A DNA stretch of 64,000 bases, from the NCBI RefSeq assembly GCF_008831285.2, contig NC_045138.2:2232001-2296000 (forward strand). Direction: 5' to 3'. Each line of letters starts with the position of its first letter. Position 1 is the first letter of the stretch. The notes beneath the pieces are model-generated. The model worked only from the letters and a program-made list of their open reading frames with translations. It did no database searches and was not told the origin of the DNA. Positions 53,847-64,000 of this stretch are shown here, in pieces. The position numbers and the translations under genes are program-made. This DNA is from Nymphaea colorata (Eukaryota).

Positions 53847-54657
53847 CACCGGACTTGAAAACAAATTACAATATGGGAAAGGAATAGGATTCCTTCCCGA
53901 ACAAGCTAAATACAAACAAACAAAAGTAGTTACACTAGAAGGAACTCGAAGGTGGAAAGATGTCGTGTGCTGGATGAGGTGGCAGTCAAACGTGTCCAAA
54001 ACGCCAAAAAGTGCTACAGTGTCCGCCGAAGTGCTACAGTAACTGCTATAGTAGCTGCTTCGTCTTTTCTTAAAGGGAAAGCCACGTGTTCACCTTTTTG
54101 ACATGTGTAATATTCCTTCGTCTTTATTCACACAACGTTGCTTTATTTACATAAAGAAGGTCGGCAACTACAACGATCTTCTAGAAGCGCCTCGAAACGA
54201 TTTGCTTTAGGATGTGACCCAGAACTTATCATGTGGGGTACGTCACAGGGTAAATTTTTATGCCGAAAATCTACAAACATAAAACCCATATTTATCCTAG
54301 AGGGTTTTTCCAGGTAGATTTAAGGCGATGATCTACAACGCAAATCATATGTTTAACTTGGGGGATTTTCCCAAAGAGAAGTTTATCACGTTTCTTCTCA
54401 AACGGATGATGCTTATGTTTTACATGGGAAGCACTGTACCCATTATAAGTTTAACCATGACTTACAAAGGTCAAATTTTACCGGTCTTGACAAACGTTGG
54501 GCTGCAGGGTTAAGGACTCAGCAGCTTCGTACCTACTTCTTTTAGAGGATGTCTACTGTCATGCTGGATCAGTTTCCCCTTCGCTATCTGAATGCTGATA
54601 GAATTGGAGAACAGTTGCAGCACCATCTTTGCCTGTGTCTCCTATTTCATGAACTTG

Positions 54658-55295
54658 TCATCCTACATTAATTTGGGCAAAATGCTCCCGTAAGCCTGGT
54701 TTCATATAAACATGATTTTGGAATGGTATCACCATTTTTACATGTTCAAAGTCAGATGTGTATATCCTAGTATTTCTGTCCTCTGAGATGAGGTTATGTG
54801 GGTGATGCCATGTTTTCAGTTGTTGGGACATTTTGAATTCCCTCCATCTTGTAAGCTCATCATACCACTCATCTGTATTCGCTTCTGGTATGTCCACGAG
54901 AGGTAGGGGGCTTGTAGAGGGGTGACAAAAGAGTGTGTCTGAATAGTTATCTCATGTTTTTCATCACATGGATAATCATATGTTGGCGGGATTGTATTGA
55001 TGTCCAGGTTTATAAATCCCTTTGTAACCCAGTTGTTTCGGAAGATTTGTTCTACTATATGGGCCAGACGCCAATTGAATCGCAGCATATAAGTCTGCTC
55101 CACCGCTGTTATGATAATCCTTTTTACATATCCTTGTTCCATTAATCTTTTCAAGGAGACCTGCATATCAAACATCTCTGTGTCTGTCCATTTCTTTAGA
55201 TTGATGCTTGCCAGGATGATCTCAAATCCTTTATTGCACTCACAGGAATTATTAATATGTATTTCTTGCTGATATTTGACTAAATAGAATTTCAT
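54658..55295 (-). pseudogene. viral 3' ORF of unknown function, frameshifted
   Basis: Overlapping 159-aa and 79-aa ORFs co-oriented with the viral genes; no RT or RNase H motifs. Confidence 0.45.
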
Positions 55296-55365
55296 TCCCT
55301 TCTTTCGTAGTCCAGGGTTTCTTGCAAGAAATCTTAGTAGTAGACTTGCTCTTTCGTTTCATCAA

Positions 55366-55881
55366 TTACTGGGGGAAACTTTCTCTTTTTTCTTCCCATT
55401 GTTTTTTCATTTCCTTTTCCCATTGCTTTTTCAGTAATTCGACCTCGGCTGTCGACTGTTTTAATTTTTCAGTCAGGTCTTCTATTATCTCTTTACAAAG
55501 AGTTAACTCTTTACTAGCAGCCTCTAACTGTTGGGATATGTCTAAAAATACGGGGTTAGGGGTAGGATCTGGAAAGAGCTTAAGTTGGCATTGTGCGATT
55601 TGGTTTTGTGTGTTTTTGATGCTAAGGTAAGTTGCCAGGATGCTAAGGACTTTAGAGAAGGTTGGGTTTTTCCTATTGTGCCAAAGGTTGTCTAATATAA
55701 TATGGACTTTTTGGTCAATATTCATACCAAGCAAGGTCAAAAATGTAAGATTGAAATCTGGGGGTAATATGGGCAGGCTCAGATGTGGGTCTATTTGGAC
55801 CATGGGGGTTTGGCTAGAAGAGGCCATGTTTCCTGAAGCAGAATTTTGTGTTAGAACAATGCATTCTACATTGTCTACCAT
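55366..55881 (-). CDS. viral ORF of unknown function (coiled-coil C-terminus)
   Basis: 171-aa ORF co-oriented inside the viral element; no motif recognised. Confidence 0.5.
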   Translation of the reverse strand: MVDNVECIVLTQNSASGNMASSSQTPMVQIDPHLSLPILPPDFNLTFLTLLGMNIDQKVHIILDNLWHNRKNPTFSKVLSILATYLSIKNTQNQIAQCQLKLFPDPTPNPVFLDISQQLEAASKELTLCKEIIEDLTEKLKQSTAEVELLKKQWEKEMKKQWEEKRESFPQ

Positions 55882-55950
55882 GGCTAATGTCTACTTACAG
55901 GAAATTCTTAAACTTATCTTATATGATGCTTAAAAAGCTACCGAACAATA

Positions 55951-57517
55951 TTAGTCATCATTTATGTTATCTAACATGTATTGTAGGTTGGTTAAAGTAG
56001 AAAATTTTTTGTGAAATTCCTCACCATATATTCTATTTGATTCGAGTATGTTATGGCCCATGCAGCTATCGCTACAAGGTTCTTCATCAGAGGAATTAGG
56101 AGCATGCAATGATTCTTCTATGGATACAATACTATAAATGCTTTCAGTGTCGCTAATATATTCATCTAAAGCCAATACATCCTCATTTACACAGTCGACA
56201 AGAATAGAGGCTTTATTGTAGAGATTTTTTCGTTTTGAACAATCCCTAGCTAATTCAGGACTGCCACAAGTAAAGCATGTTAATTTGTTTTTATAATTCT
56301 GTTGGGTATTATATTTTCTAACATGTCTATGTTTGTCAAGATAGGGTTTTCTAGCATTAGATTTACGAAGGAGTATCTTCGTCGTTTATCTTTATCTCTT
56401 GTCTTATATGTTTTTGGGTGTCTAGGTTCTCTATCATATCTTTGTGGTGTATAAATTTGTTTGCAAAAGCTATACCCACCTTTTAACTGTTTGGAAATGG
56501 TTATCTCAGTACATTTATTTACTAATTCTTCAATAATAAATTGAATCATTATACTAATATTATCTAGGTGGGGCATCATCTCTTTTTCTTTAAATTTCTT
56601 ATGAATCTCAGAACCTAAGGGATCTGGTAACTTGAGAAAGAGGCTTTCTCCTATCTCTTTATTATAAAAACGGCCTGCTAAGGAACTATAATAAAAGAAG
56701 TCTTGTAAAAAAGGTTTAATATAGCGCCAGTCTTTAATTTGGAGTTGCTCTAATTTTCTGATCGAGTCTTGCTGTTGTTTATCATATCCTGTATTTAGCT
56801 GGTATCCTAGTAAGAGTAATTGTATTTTATTGGTAAAGTTATAAATATTTTTGCCTAAAAGAATTTCTCTTTGTAAGTCTTGTGGGTGTTCCGTTTTGTA
56901 TGCTTCCCAAGATGCTCTAGCGGTTTCACCTAAAATTTTTTCTGCCCAGTTGTACATTTCTTCTGTTGTCCACATTTCTTGATTCATCATGTCCCATTTC
57001 CTAGCAACTCGTTGAGACCACATGTCTATTACTGAGGGTAATAATTGCGGATCATGGGCACTTATATTCAAAATTCTTCCTTATCTATTAAATCTTTTCT
57101 GTCTATGGTTTCTAAAGGCATTCTTTTACCCTTAGGTGTATAGGTATCTCTTTCTTTATATTCTACATAAGGTCTTCTAAGGGGTTGTCCAGGTGAATAG
57201 AATAGTACAGGTGAAGTTGACGGAGGTTGTGCTTGTTGTTGAGGTTGTTGTTGATCTTGTGGCGATCTTCCACTGGTCACGAGGGAAGATTCTGGAGCAT
57301 CTATTTCCATAAGATTTTTTGAGATGTTGATCGGTTTCTGCATATGTATATCTTCTAGTCTATTTATCCTGATATTTCCCATAGGTTCTATATAAAGGTT
57401 GTCTTCCTCCTGAATTTTGCCTTCTGCGACTAGTTTTATCTCTAGCCTGAGGATATCTTCTTCTGATAAGTCAAATTCCTTAGGAAGTAGAATACAATTA
57501 TTTTCTAGGGCTTCCAT
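55951..57517 (-). pseudogene. caulimovirid capsid protein, frameshifted
   Basis: ILNISAHDPQ, EKILGETARASWEAYK, IRKLEQLQIKDW, a basic tract, degenerate knuckle CFTCGSPE-LARDC (~56242-56278) and acidic SDTESIYSIVS. Split by frameshifts near 57070 and 56370. Confidence 0.85.
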
Positions 57518-58452
57518 TACTCTTCTATCTGGCTATGAAATTCTTCAGATTCGTTTTCTTCTTTATGTTGTTTTTCTTTATAGTCTAAAAATCTCACAGT
57601 ATAGCTACCATCAAGGTTTTTAAACATTAAACTTTCTTCAGGAACCTTGACATTAGTCTTTATTTCTAGATTTTTGCTAATATTCCAATCCAAGCCTTCT
57701 AATTCTTCTGGATCAATAGCCATGGGCTTAATCATCCTGATACCTTTACTAGTCATAGATTCAATTATAGCCTTAGTATCTATTTTATACTTTGTAGTAC
57801 TACTATTTGTTACTTTTCCTAAGAATCCGACATTTACAAGTAAATTAGCTTTTCCCGTAAACGTTTCATATCCTTTAGTTTGAATTCCTATGATAATATG
57901 TTCAAGGTCTCTTATGCTTAGCAAAAAATCAGGTGCACAATAGAATATACCTTTGTTATTAGACATATCAATTTCCATACTTGCTATAATGGTCTTCCTA
58001 GCATCGTTTGCCCATCTCTTATCTAGTAAAGTGATTAATACTTTTGTTCCTAGGTTTCTTCTGGCTAAACCCTTAATTCCTATAATTATTAGACTAAGAT
58101 GAATAAATCTATTTTGGTTTCGTAATAATTGTTTAATAATATCGTGATTAACGATGCCAATATTTTGGTGTTCAGTAGTTACACAAACTTCTTCTTCTCT
58201 ACTTATTCTGACTAACTGTGGGTTAACACTCCAAAACCCTGTCCTATATAGAGTTCTAGGATTTAACAAAGAGAGTTGATGATTATTGTAAATTTCTAAG
58301 TCTCTGTTTACATCTATTATTTCTTCTAATGTTCTAGGGCTAGGACCCTGGGTTCGGATCAGTCTAGTTAACAGATTTTCGTCTATTCGCCTTATTTCAT
58401 TAGTATCACTGAGGTTCCTACTGAGACTAGAAAAAGAACGTCTTACAGCTAT
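57517..58452 (-). CDS. caulimovirid movement protein (30K superfamily)
   Basis: FIHLSLIIIGIKGLARRNLGTKVLITLLDKRW and FYCAPDF. The frame is open upstream to 58452, where ATA overlaps the ORF2 stop (TAATA, a likely mutated TAATG). Confidence 0.88.
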   Translation of the reverse strand: MAVRRSFSSLSRNLSDTNEIRRIDENLLTRLIRTQGPSPRTLEEIIDVNRDLEIYNNHQLSLLNPRTLYRTGFWSVNPQLVRISREEEVCVTTEHQNIGIVNHDIIKQLLRNQNRFIHLSLIIIGIKGLARRNLGTKVLITLLDKRWANDARKTIIASMEIDMSNNKGIFYCAPDFLLSIRDLEHIIIGIQTKGYETFTGKANLLVNVGFLGKVTNSSTTKYKIDTKAIIESMTSKGIRMIKPMAIDPEELEGLDWNISKNLEIKTNVKVPEESLMFKNLDGSYTVRFLDYKEKQHKEENESEEFHSQIEE

Positions 58453-58775
58453 TATATTCTAGAAAAGGCTATACTTTTAGGAATAGGGGTAGGGCTAGGT
58501 TTGATCCCACCATTTCCTATGTTTAGTTTGTCTAATCTTTTGGTTAATTCTTCTAGGTTTGCTTCCTGTGGTTCTGGTTTTTTGCCTAGGGTTCGTTCGA
58601 GTTGGCTAATTCTTTGATTTAGTTTTATTAGCATAATAATTATGAGGTTTAGTTGATGAACCATAAGTTTATCAGAACTGCTAGGTGGATCGTATCTGGT
58701 TAGTCCTTCTGCATCGGGGTAGTAGGTCCTTGTTTCTTTTAAACTTTGTATGTAGATATCTTCTTTATCACTCAT
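58452..58775 (-). CDS. small virion-associated-like protein (badnavirus ORF2-like)
   Basis: YIQSLKET...AEG...QLNLIIIMLIKLNQRISQLE...LEELTKRLDKLNIG coiled-coil pattern, positioned directly before the MP. The similarity is recalled, not searched. Confidence 0.65.
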   Translation of the reverse strand: MSDKEDIYIQSLKETRTYYPDAEGLTRYDPPSSSDKLMVHQLNLIIIMLIKLNQRISQLERTLGKKPEPQEANLEELTKRLDKLNIGNGGIKPSPTPIPKSIAFSRI

Positions 58776-59149
58776 AAGGGTCTCTAAAGTTTACTAGTTT
58801 TTCGGGTCTTATGTTTTAGGTATATTTCAGGATTCAAATATTCTATTATATGCATATAATAATACGAAAGAAAATTTAGTAAACTGTTAATTAACTACTG
58901 GTAAATATTTTTGGATTTTTAGAAAAACACGGTGTTCCGAAAGCGCCGGTTTCGGATTACTGGCGCGAAATATTTATTAATGGCGATTTCTGCAGAAATC
59001 TGGCCCCCTTTATATCTAGGCATCTTTTTTATCACCTCCGAGTACTTGCTTCCAAAAGCTAATCTGTGTACATGTTTTCACTTTATAACATATGATTATC
59101 CAATTGATAATCATATGTTAGGAAGACCGACGTGCAATATTTTATCAAG

Positions 59150-59780
59150 GCTAATTGAATAACAAGAAAAAAAAAATGATAATCTGACGTACCTTTTCTC
59201 GTCAGATCTGATTAATTGAATAAGGATTTGAAATCCAATATATATAACTGGATAGCATCTCAATCATTGACATCCTACCTCAGATCACCAAAACAGGAAC
59301 ATGAAGATTTCCATGGGAAGTACTTCTTGGAAAATAGAGCAGTTTGTGATATCAAATCAATGTTATTGGGCCGATTTGAGCCGAGTCAATGGCCATTTTA
59401 TTTGATTCAGTGGCTGATTCTCACTTAAAGTTTTGATTATTTTAATAATTTTTTCTATTTTTATTAATTCCTATATTTTATTTTTTGGAAAAACTTTTGA
59501 ATCACTTAAATGGCTGATTCAGTGGCTGGACAGCTGCTCCGACCCAATCATAGCAACCTTTATTTTGAAACTAATGAAAATTAAGAAAAATATAGGATCA
59601 GAAATCAGGATATGCGTGAACTTAATTAAATATTATTTATTGCCTAAAAAACATAGCTTATACATGGAAGTAAATGGAAGAAATAATTTCTCCAAATAAG
59701 GTAAATAGCAGCACTGAGGTATCGAAAACCACAATGAATTGGAAAGATCTGCTGAGAAAGAATTGAAGAAGAAGACGATG
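59150..59780 (+). repeat. conserved upstream block U (internally deleted)
   Basis: Landmark at ~59685-59714; lacks the GGTACCCGATTC block. Confidence 0.8.
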
Positions 59781-60023
59781 GTGAGGAAAGTAGTCGCCCT
59801 TTAAGCGTACTTCTTTCTGATTTTAAGCAGTTAAGTTCCTCTAGTAAGTCTTCCATCGAGCAGGTTTGAACATGAATGCAACAAAAGGTAGGCATCGAGC
59901 AGCTTCTCGCTTTCATTCCGTTGCTACAATCTGGCTACCTCTTTTCTCATTCCAGCAAAATCTGTGGATAGGTAGACAGCGGATTCACAGCTTATTTGCT
60001 TCCTACACCCTCTGCCATTGCAA

Positions 60024-60026
<3 letters not shown>

Positions 60027-60114
<88 letters not shown>
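60027..60114. repeat. (AT)n microsatellite
   Basis: Perfect AT run; tracts at the same cassette position occur at ~17631, 33918, 37175, 42097, 48394 and 50971. Confidence 0.9.
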
Positions 60115-60117
<3 letters not shown>

Positions 60118-60685
60118 AGAGAGAGAGTCGAGAGCAGTGGCGGATCTAGAAAATTTTGGATGAGGGGCACTAACTGATCTCTCATTTATAAGGATGAGTG
60201 CTTGCAGGTACTGACTTAGGCCTGATGTGGGCACCATATGTGGCTGCCGAACATAGGTCTAAATTAGTCCACAATACATGATTTCAAGGGATGGAGTGGG
60301 CAGTGGCCCACACCAGTAACACAGTAGCTTCACTACTGGTTGAGAGTACATCTCTCCAAGGATAAAAACATTTGCCCATCGGGCCTGAAGCCCGGGCCCG
60401 GGCCCGGCCTGATAATCTTGCCGGGCCGGGTACCGGGCCGGGCCGGGCCATCACCAGATAAAAAGGGAGAAAAAATATGGACATTCATTTTATTCCTTCC
60501 CCAAATGGAAGCTTCTCGATCATTTCCTCGATTTTGAAAATCAATCAAGATTTTTGAAAAGTATGTGACTATTCGTTAGTTTTACTGGAAGCAAATGATC
60601 CATGATTGGGTCTGGTTTGCTCAACCCAAAAAAGCCTGCATTGATTGTCTTGTTGGTACACTGAGCCATCTGTTTTCCTTGCTAA

Positions 60686-60890
60686 CGCTATGTTTGGATG
60701 AAGGGAAAGGAATGGATGGAAGGGAAAGGAAAGGGAAGGAAATGAGGAGGTTAATGAGAAGAAAGGAAAGGGAATCATCATCCATTCCTTTCCCTTCCAA
60801 TCTCTCCTTTTTTGAAGGGATTGGAATTACATTAAAAAAACATTTCCTTTCCCTCCCTTCCTTTCTTTCCCTTGTATCCAAACACAGTTA
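60686..60890. mobile_element. Tourist/PIF-like MITE
   Basis: CTATGTTTGGAT...ATCCAAACACAG termini flanked by TAA/TTA, with purine-rich and pyrimidine-rich halves. Confidence 0.6.
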
Positions 60891-61749
60891 TTGGTTCTTT
60901 GTTCCTTTCCCTCCATATTAGTTAGTCACCCAAACACTGGAAAGACCTTTCTTTACATTCCTTTTCCTCTCTTTCCCTCCATCCAAACAGGCTGTCAGTG
61001 CCTTGTTTTCCAAAGTGTGTTTTGTTTTGCTTAATTGACATCTGAAAGGGTCCTTATTGTGCAGAAGAAGGAATGAGAGAACTCCATGCAAATACACCTC
61101 AAACGGCATGTAAACATATCTTGATAAACACGACTGCCTGATTATCTGAATAGAAGGAGAGAGTGACATGCAGTTGAATTACAAGAACTCCAAACTTATT
61201 GAACTCCATATTAATTCGATGGTTTTGGCTATTGGTGATTTACAAGAAGTCCAAACAAGACTTGGCCGCTTGGAATTATAAGAATTCCCAACATCATTGT
61301 AATGTTATTCTCGAGCATCCTGAGATCATTTTTCCAAGTTTGAGCCAACTGTTTACAAGAGGAACCTATCCATCAGCAACTTCTGTGTTTCGAAATCTTG
61401 ATGTTGCACAGCAATGAACTGGAATACTTAACCATGTGCATCTTTTTTACATTTAAAAACACTGCACTAGTATCACTTAGTACTAATTTTCAACACGGAA
61501 CTAATATCATGTAATACTAATTTTCAAGGAAGCAAGAAGAGTATTCCATCTTACCACCTAACTGAAAGCCAAAACTCTCACTTGTCATCTCATCCCTCTA
61601 GAGAACCAGGCCTACTTTCAGTGTGTCAGAATGATGACCCTATTATGCTTCAACATGCGTATTGGTGTTCATCTCCCCCTACCCCTTTTACAGCATAGAG
61701 AGTTGTGGTACAGACAGAGACTAAAGGACAACTATCATCTCTACATTTA

Positions 61750-63560
61750 TCTAATAGTAATTATTTTTTCAAAATATACAATTTTTTTCTCTTTATGTTT
61801 TCCAATATTGTTCACAGGTTAATGTATGGTACCTTGCCAGTATGAAAAAGATATTTAATCAAACCAGTATTTATGTAGGAGCATACTCAACTTCTTTTCT
61901 CGGAAAGCAAAAATACTTGACCAATTGTCTGTTTTCAATTATGGTATATATCACGCAAAAGTGGACCGTCAAGTGAAGGTTCGCATTCAGCCCGAGTACA
62001 CATTCATGTCAAATATACAACCTGTTTCTAATGTTGTTCATGGATTAATGTATGGTAACTTTGCCAATCTGAAAGAGATATTTCAACTCCCGATTGAGAA
62101 AGCAAAAGATATTTCACTGAAATTGTCTGCTTCAATTATGGTATATATCACTCAAAGTAGGCGGGTCAAGTAAAAAGTTTGAACCGAACCGGAGTACATT
62201 CAAGTTATGTGCTAACAATTTAAGTTTGATGTGTCTACAGCATTTGGTAAGAAGAAATGTTGATCTGATGTATCGTTTTATCGACACCAGCTAAATGGAT
62301 TCGGATTTAAGACCAAATACATATAATTGGATTGTATCTGAATCACTCCTCAGGCCACAGGCAAATGAAGCTTTTCATGGTAAGCACCTCGAAATATATC
62401 CAAGAGGGGTTTGGTTTAATGGGATCATGTAGAGACTGGCATGCGACCAGTCTCCGCTTCCATGCTTTAGGGTCATCTTTCTGTACTGTAAATGAAATGA
62501 AGGACCACCGACATGAAACTCGAAGCACAACAGGAGTGACATTTGGGGCACTGACACAAGCCCCATACTTTGAGGGATGAGGGTTTCAGTTTAGTTTCAT
62601 ATGTGAGTCAAACCCAAAAACTTATCGATTCATAAAGAAAAAAATAGAGTAGCTTATGATATCAAATCCCAGAGTATGCGTTAGGTTTTGAATCTATGGA
62701 GATCTGTGTTATTTGAACCTGCCTTAATCAGACCCATTGGAGTCCAGCAAGTGGCAAATTTATTTGATTCAATGGCAGATTCTCACTTATCACGCTTTGA
62801 TTATTTTAATACTTTTTAAATTTTTATTTAATTCCTGTCTTTTATGTTAGGAAGAAAAAAAAAAAGAGATTTGAATCACTTGATTAATTGGCCGATTCTT
62901 TCAAAAATCCATCTTTCACGGCCATAGATTTCCTTAAGGAAAGTTGGGACGCAACCTTTTTAAGATAAATGCCACGGGCACCTTTTTAGAAAAGTGGTAC
63001 CCGATTCATGATCTGATCCAGTTCTACCTTTATATTGAAATCGATGCAATCAGATAACCGGGTCAAACCATTATATAGGATCCAAGCAGGGGCGGAGGGA
63101 AGCGGGTAGTAGGGGCCTGGCCCTCCTCATGTTTTAAAAAATTAAAAATTCATATGTAAATTTTGAAAAGATTAGTTTAACATATATAAAATTTTTAAAA
63201 TTTTCATTCCTGCTTATGTTAAAATTTTGAAATTATAGTTTTGCCCCTGCAACAAAAAATTTCTGCATCCACCCCTGGATCCAAGTACTGTATACATACA
63301 AGAACAGGGACCATTTGTGAGCAAATATTCAAACTTCAAAGGCACGATACTGACTGGATCCACGTAAAAGAAAATATCCAGCTTTCCAGAACTACATTGG
63401 TGCATGGGTTGCTGCTCTGATAAAACATAGTTTATGGATGGAAGTTAATCAAAGAAATAATTTCGCATGATAAGATAAATAGCAGCACAGAGGTATCAGA
63501 AGCACCACAGTGATCTGCTACAATCATCTGTTGAGAGGATAAATTTAAAAGGAGAAGACG
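61750..63560 (+). repeat. conserved upstream block U (diverged copy)
   Basis: Landmarks at ~62995 and ~63460-63488. Confidence 0.8.
63087..63277. mobile_element. hAT-type MITE (CAGGGG family)
   Basis: TIRs CAGGGGCGGA / TCCACCCCTG with a perfect 8-bp TSD GATCCAAG; paralogous cassettes show the empty site. Confidence 0.9.
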
Positions 63561-64000
63561 ACTGGCGAAGAAGGTTATGGTGGCTACCCTTACCAGAAAA
63601 CCTCCATCCCCTTCACCATAGTTGTCTCTGATTCGATTGATGTAAGGCGGGAATCAAACTACTTTCTTTACACAATCCATGCATAGGCGGAGAGTAGATT
63701 CCTGACCTAATTGGTTCCGACACCTTCAGCCTATGCATGAATGGTGTCAAGGATTTCTATTTTGAGAAGACAGAACTCAAATTTTCTACTTGCATCAACT
63801 GAATCGTGACAATGGATGCAGATGAGGTGGGGTGGCCACCACCGGAATTACGGTTTTCTAAAGCAGACAAAGGTCACACCTTCCTCCCTTTTCAAATGCA
63901 TACTGGGGAAAAGAAAATGGGATGACTTCAAAACTTGGTACAAGGAAGAGAGGAATTCTTTTTTTTTTACAAGGAAAAAACTTGCTTTATGATTCATGTG

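Larger units (their letters stand above)
53670..59008 (-). mobile_element. endogenous caulimovirid (pararetrovirus)-like element without pol
   Basis: Co-oriented ORFs: badnavirus-ORF2-like, 30K movement protein, capsid with zinc knuckle, then unassigned ORFs and a TATA-containing intergenic region. It interrupts the host repeat backbone. Confidence 0.88.

Noticed and set aside
60380..60460. GC-rich GGCCCGG cluster as a regulatory island
   Set aside because: Looks like subterminal repeats of a truncated DNA transposon; no partner end or gene found.

Overview
Plant (angiosperm) genomic DNA, AT-rich and repeat-dominated. I found no intact host protein-coding gene and no recognisable RNA gene. 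Most of the window is about ten diverged copies of one non-coding cassette. Its typical layout is a conserved ~1-2 kb upstream block ending in a TATA-like motif, then a short stem-loop and an (AT)n tract, then a conserved module 'M' that occurs in opposite orientations on either side of a variable interior. The interiors are long inverted repeats (arms ~200-700 bp) made of unrelated captured DNA: a BCS1-like AAA-ATPase fragment, gene-5'-like segments and DNA next to a hAT element. The working hypothesis (inference) is a cluster of hairpin-RNA loci with exchangeable cargo. Inserted in the cluster are a young, almost intact Ty1/copia element (5950-10731), a decayed hAT transposase element (~43657-45970), a CCD4 gene fragment and several MITEs. 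There is also a 5.3-kb endogenous caulimovirid-like element (53670-59008) that has MP and CP but no visible protease/RT/RNase H or tRNA primer site, with inverted termini and templated filler at one junction. All alignments were made by eye, so boundaries of diverged repeats are approximate.
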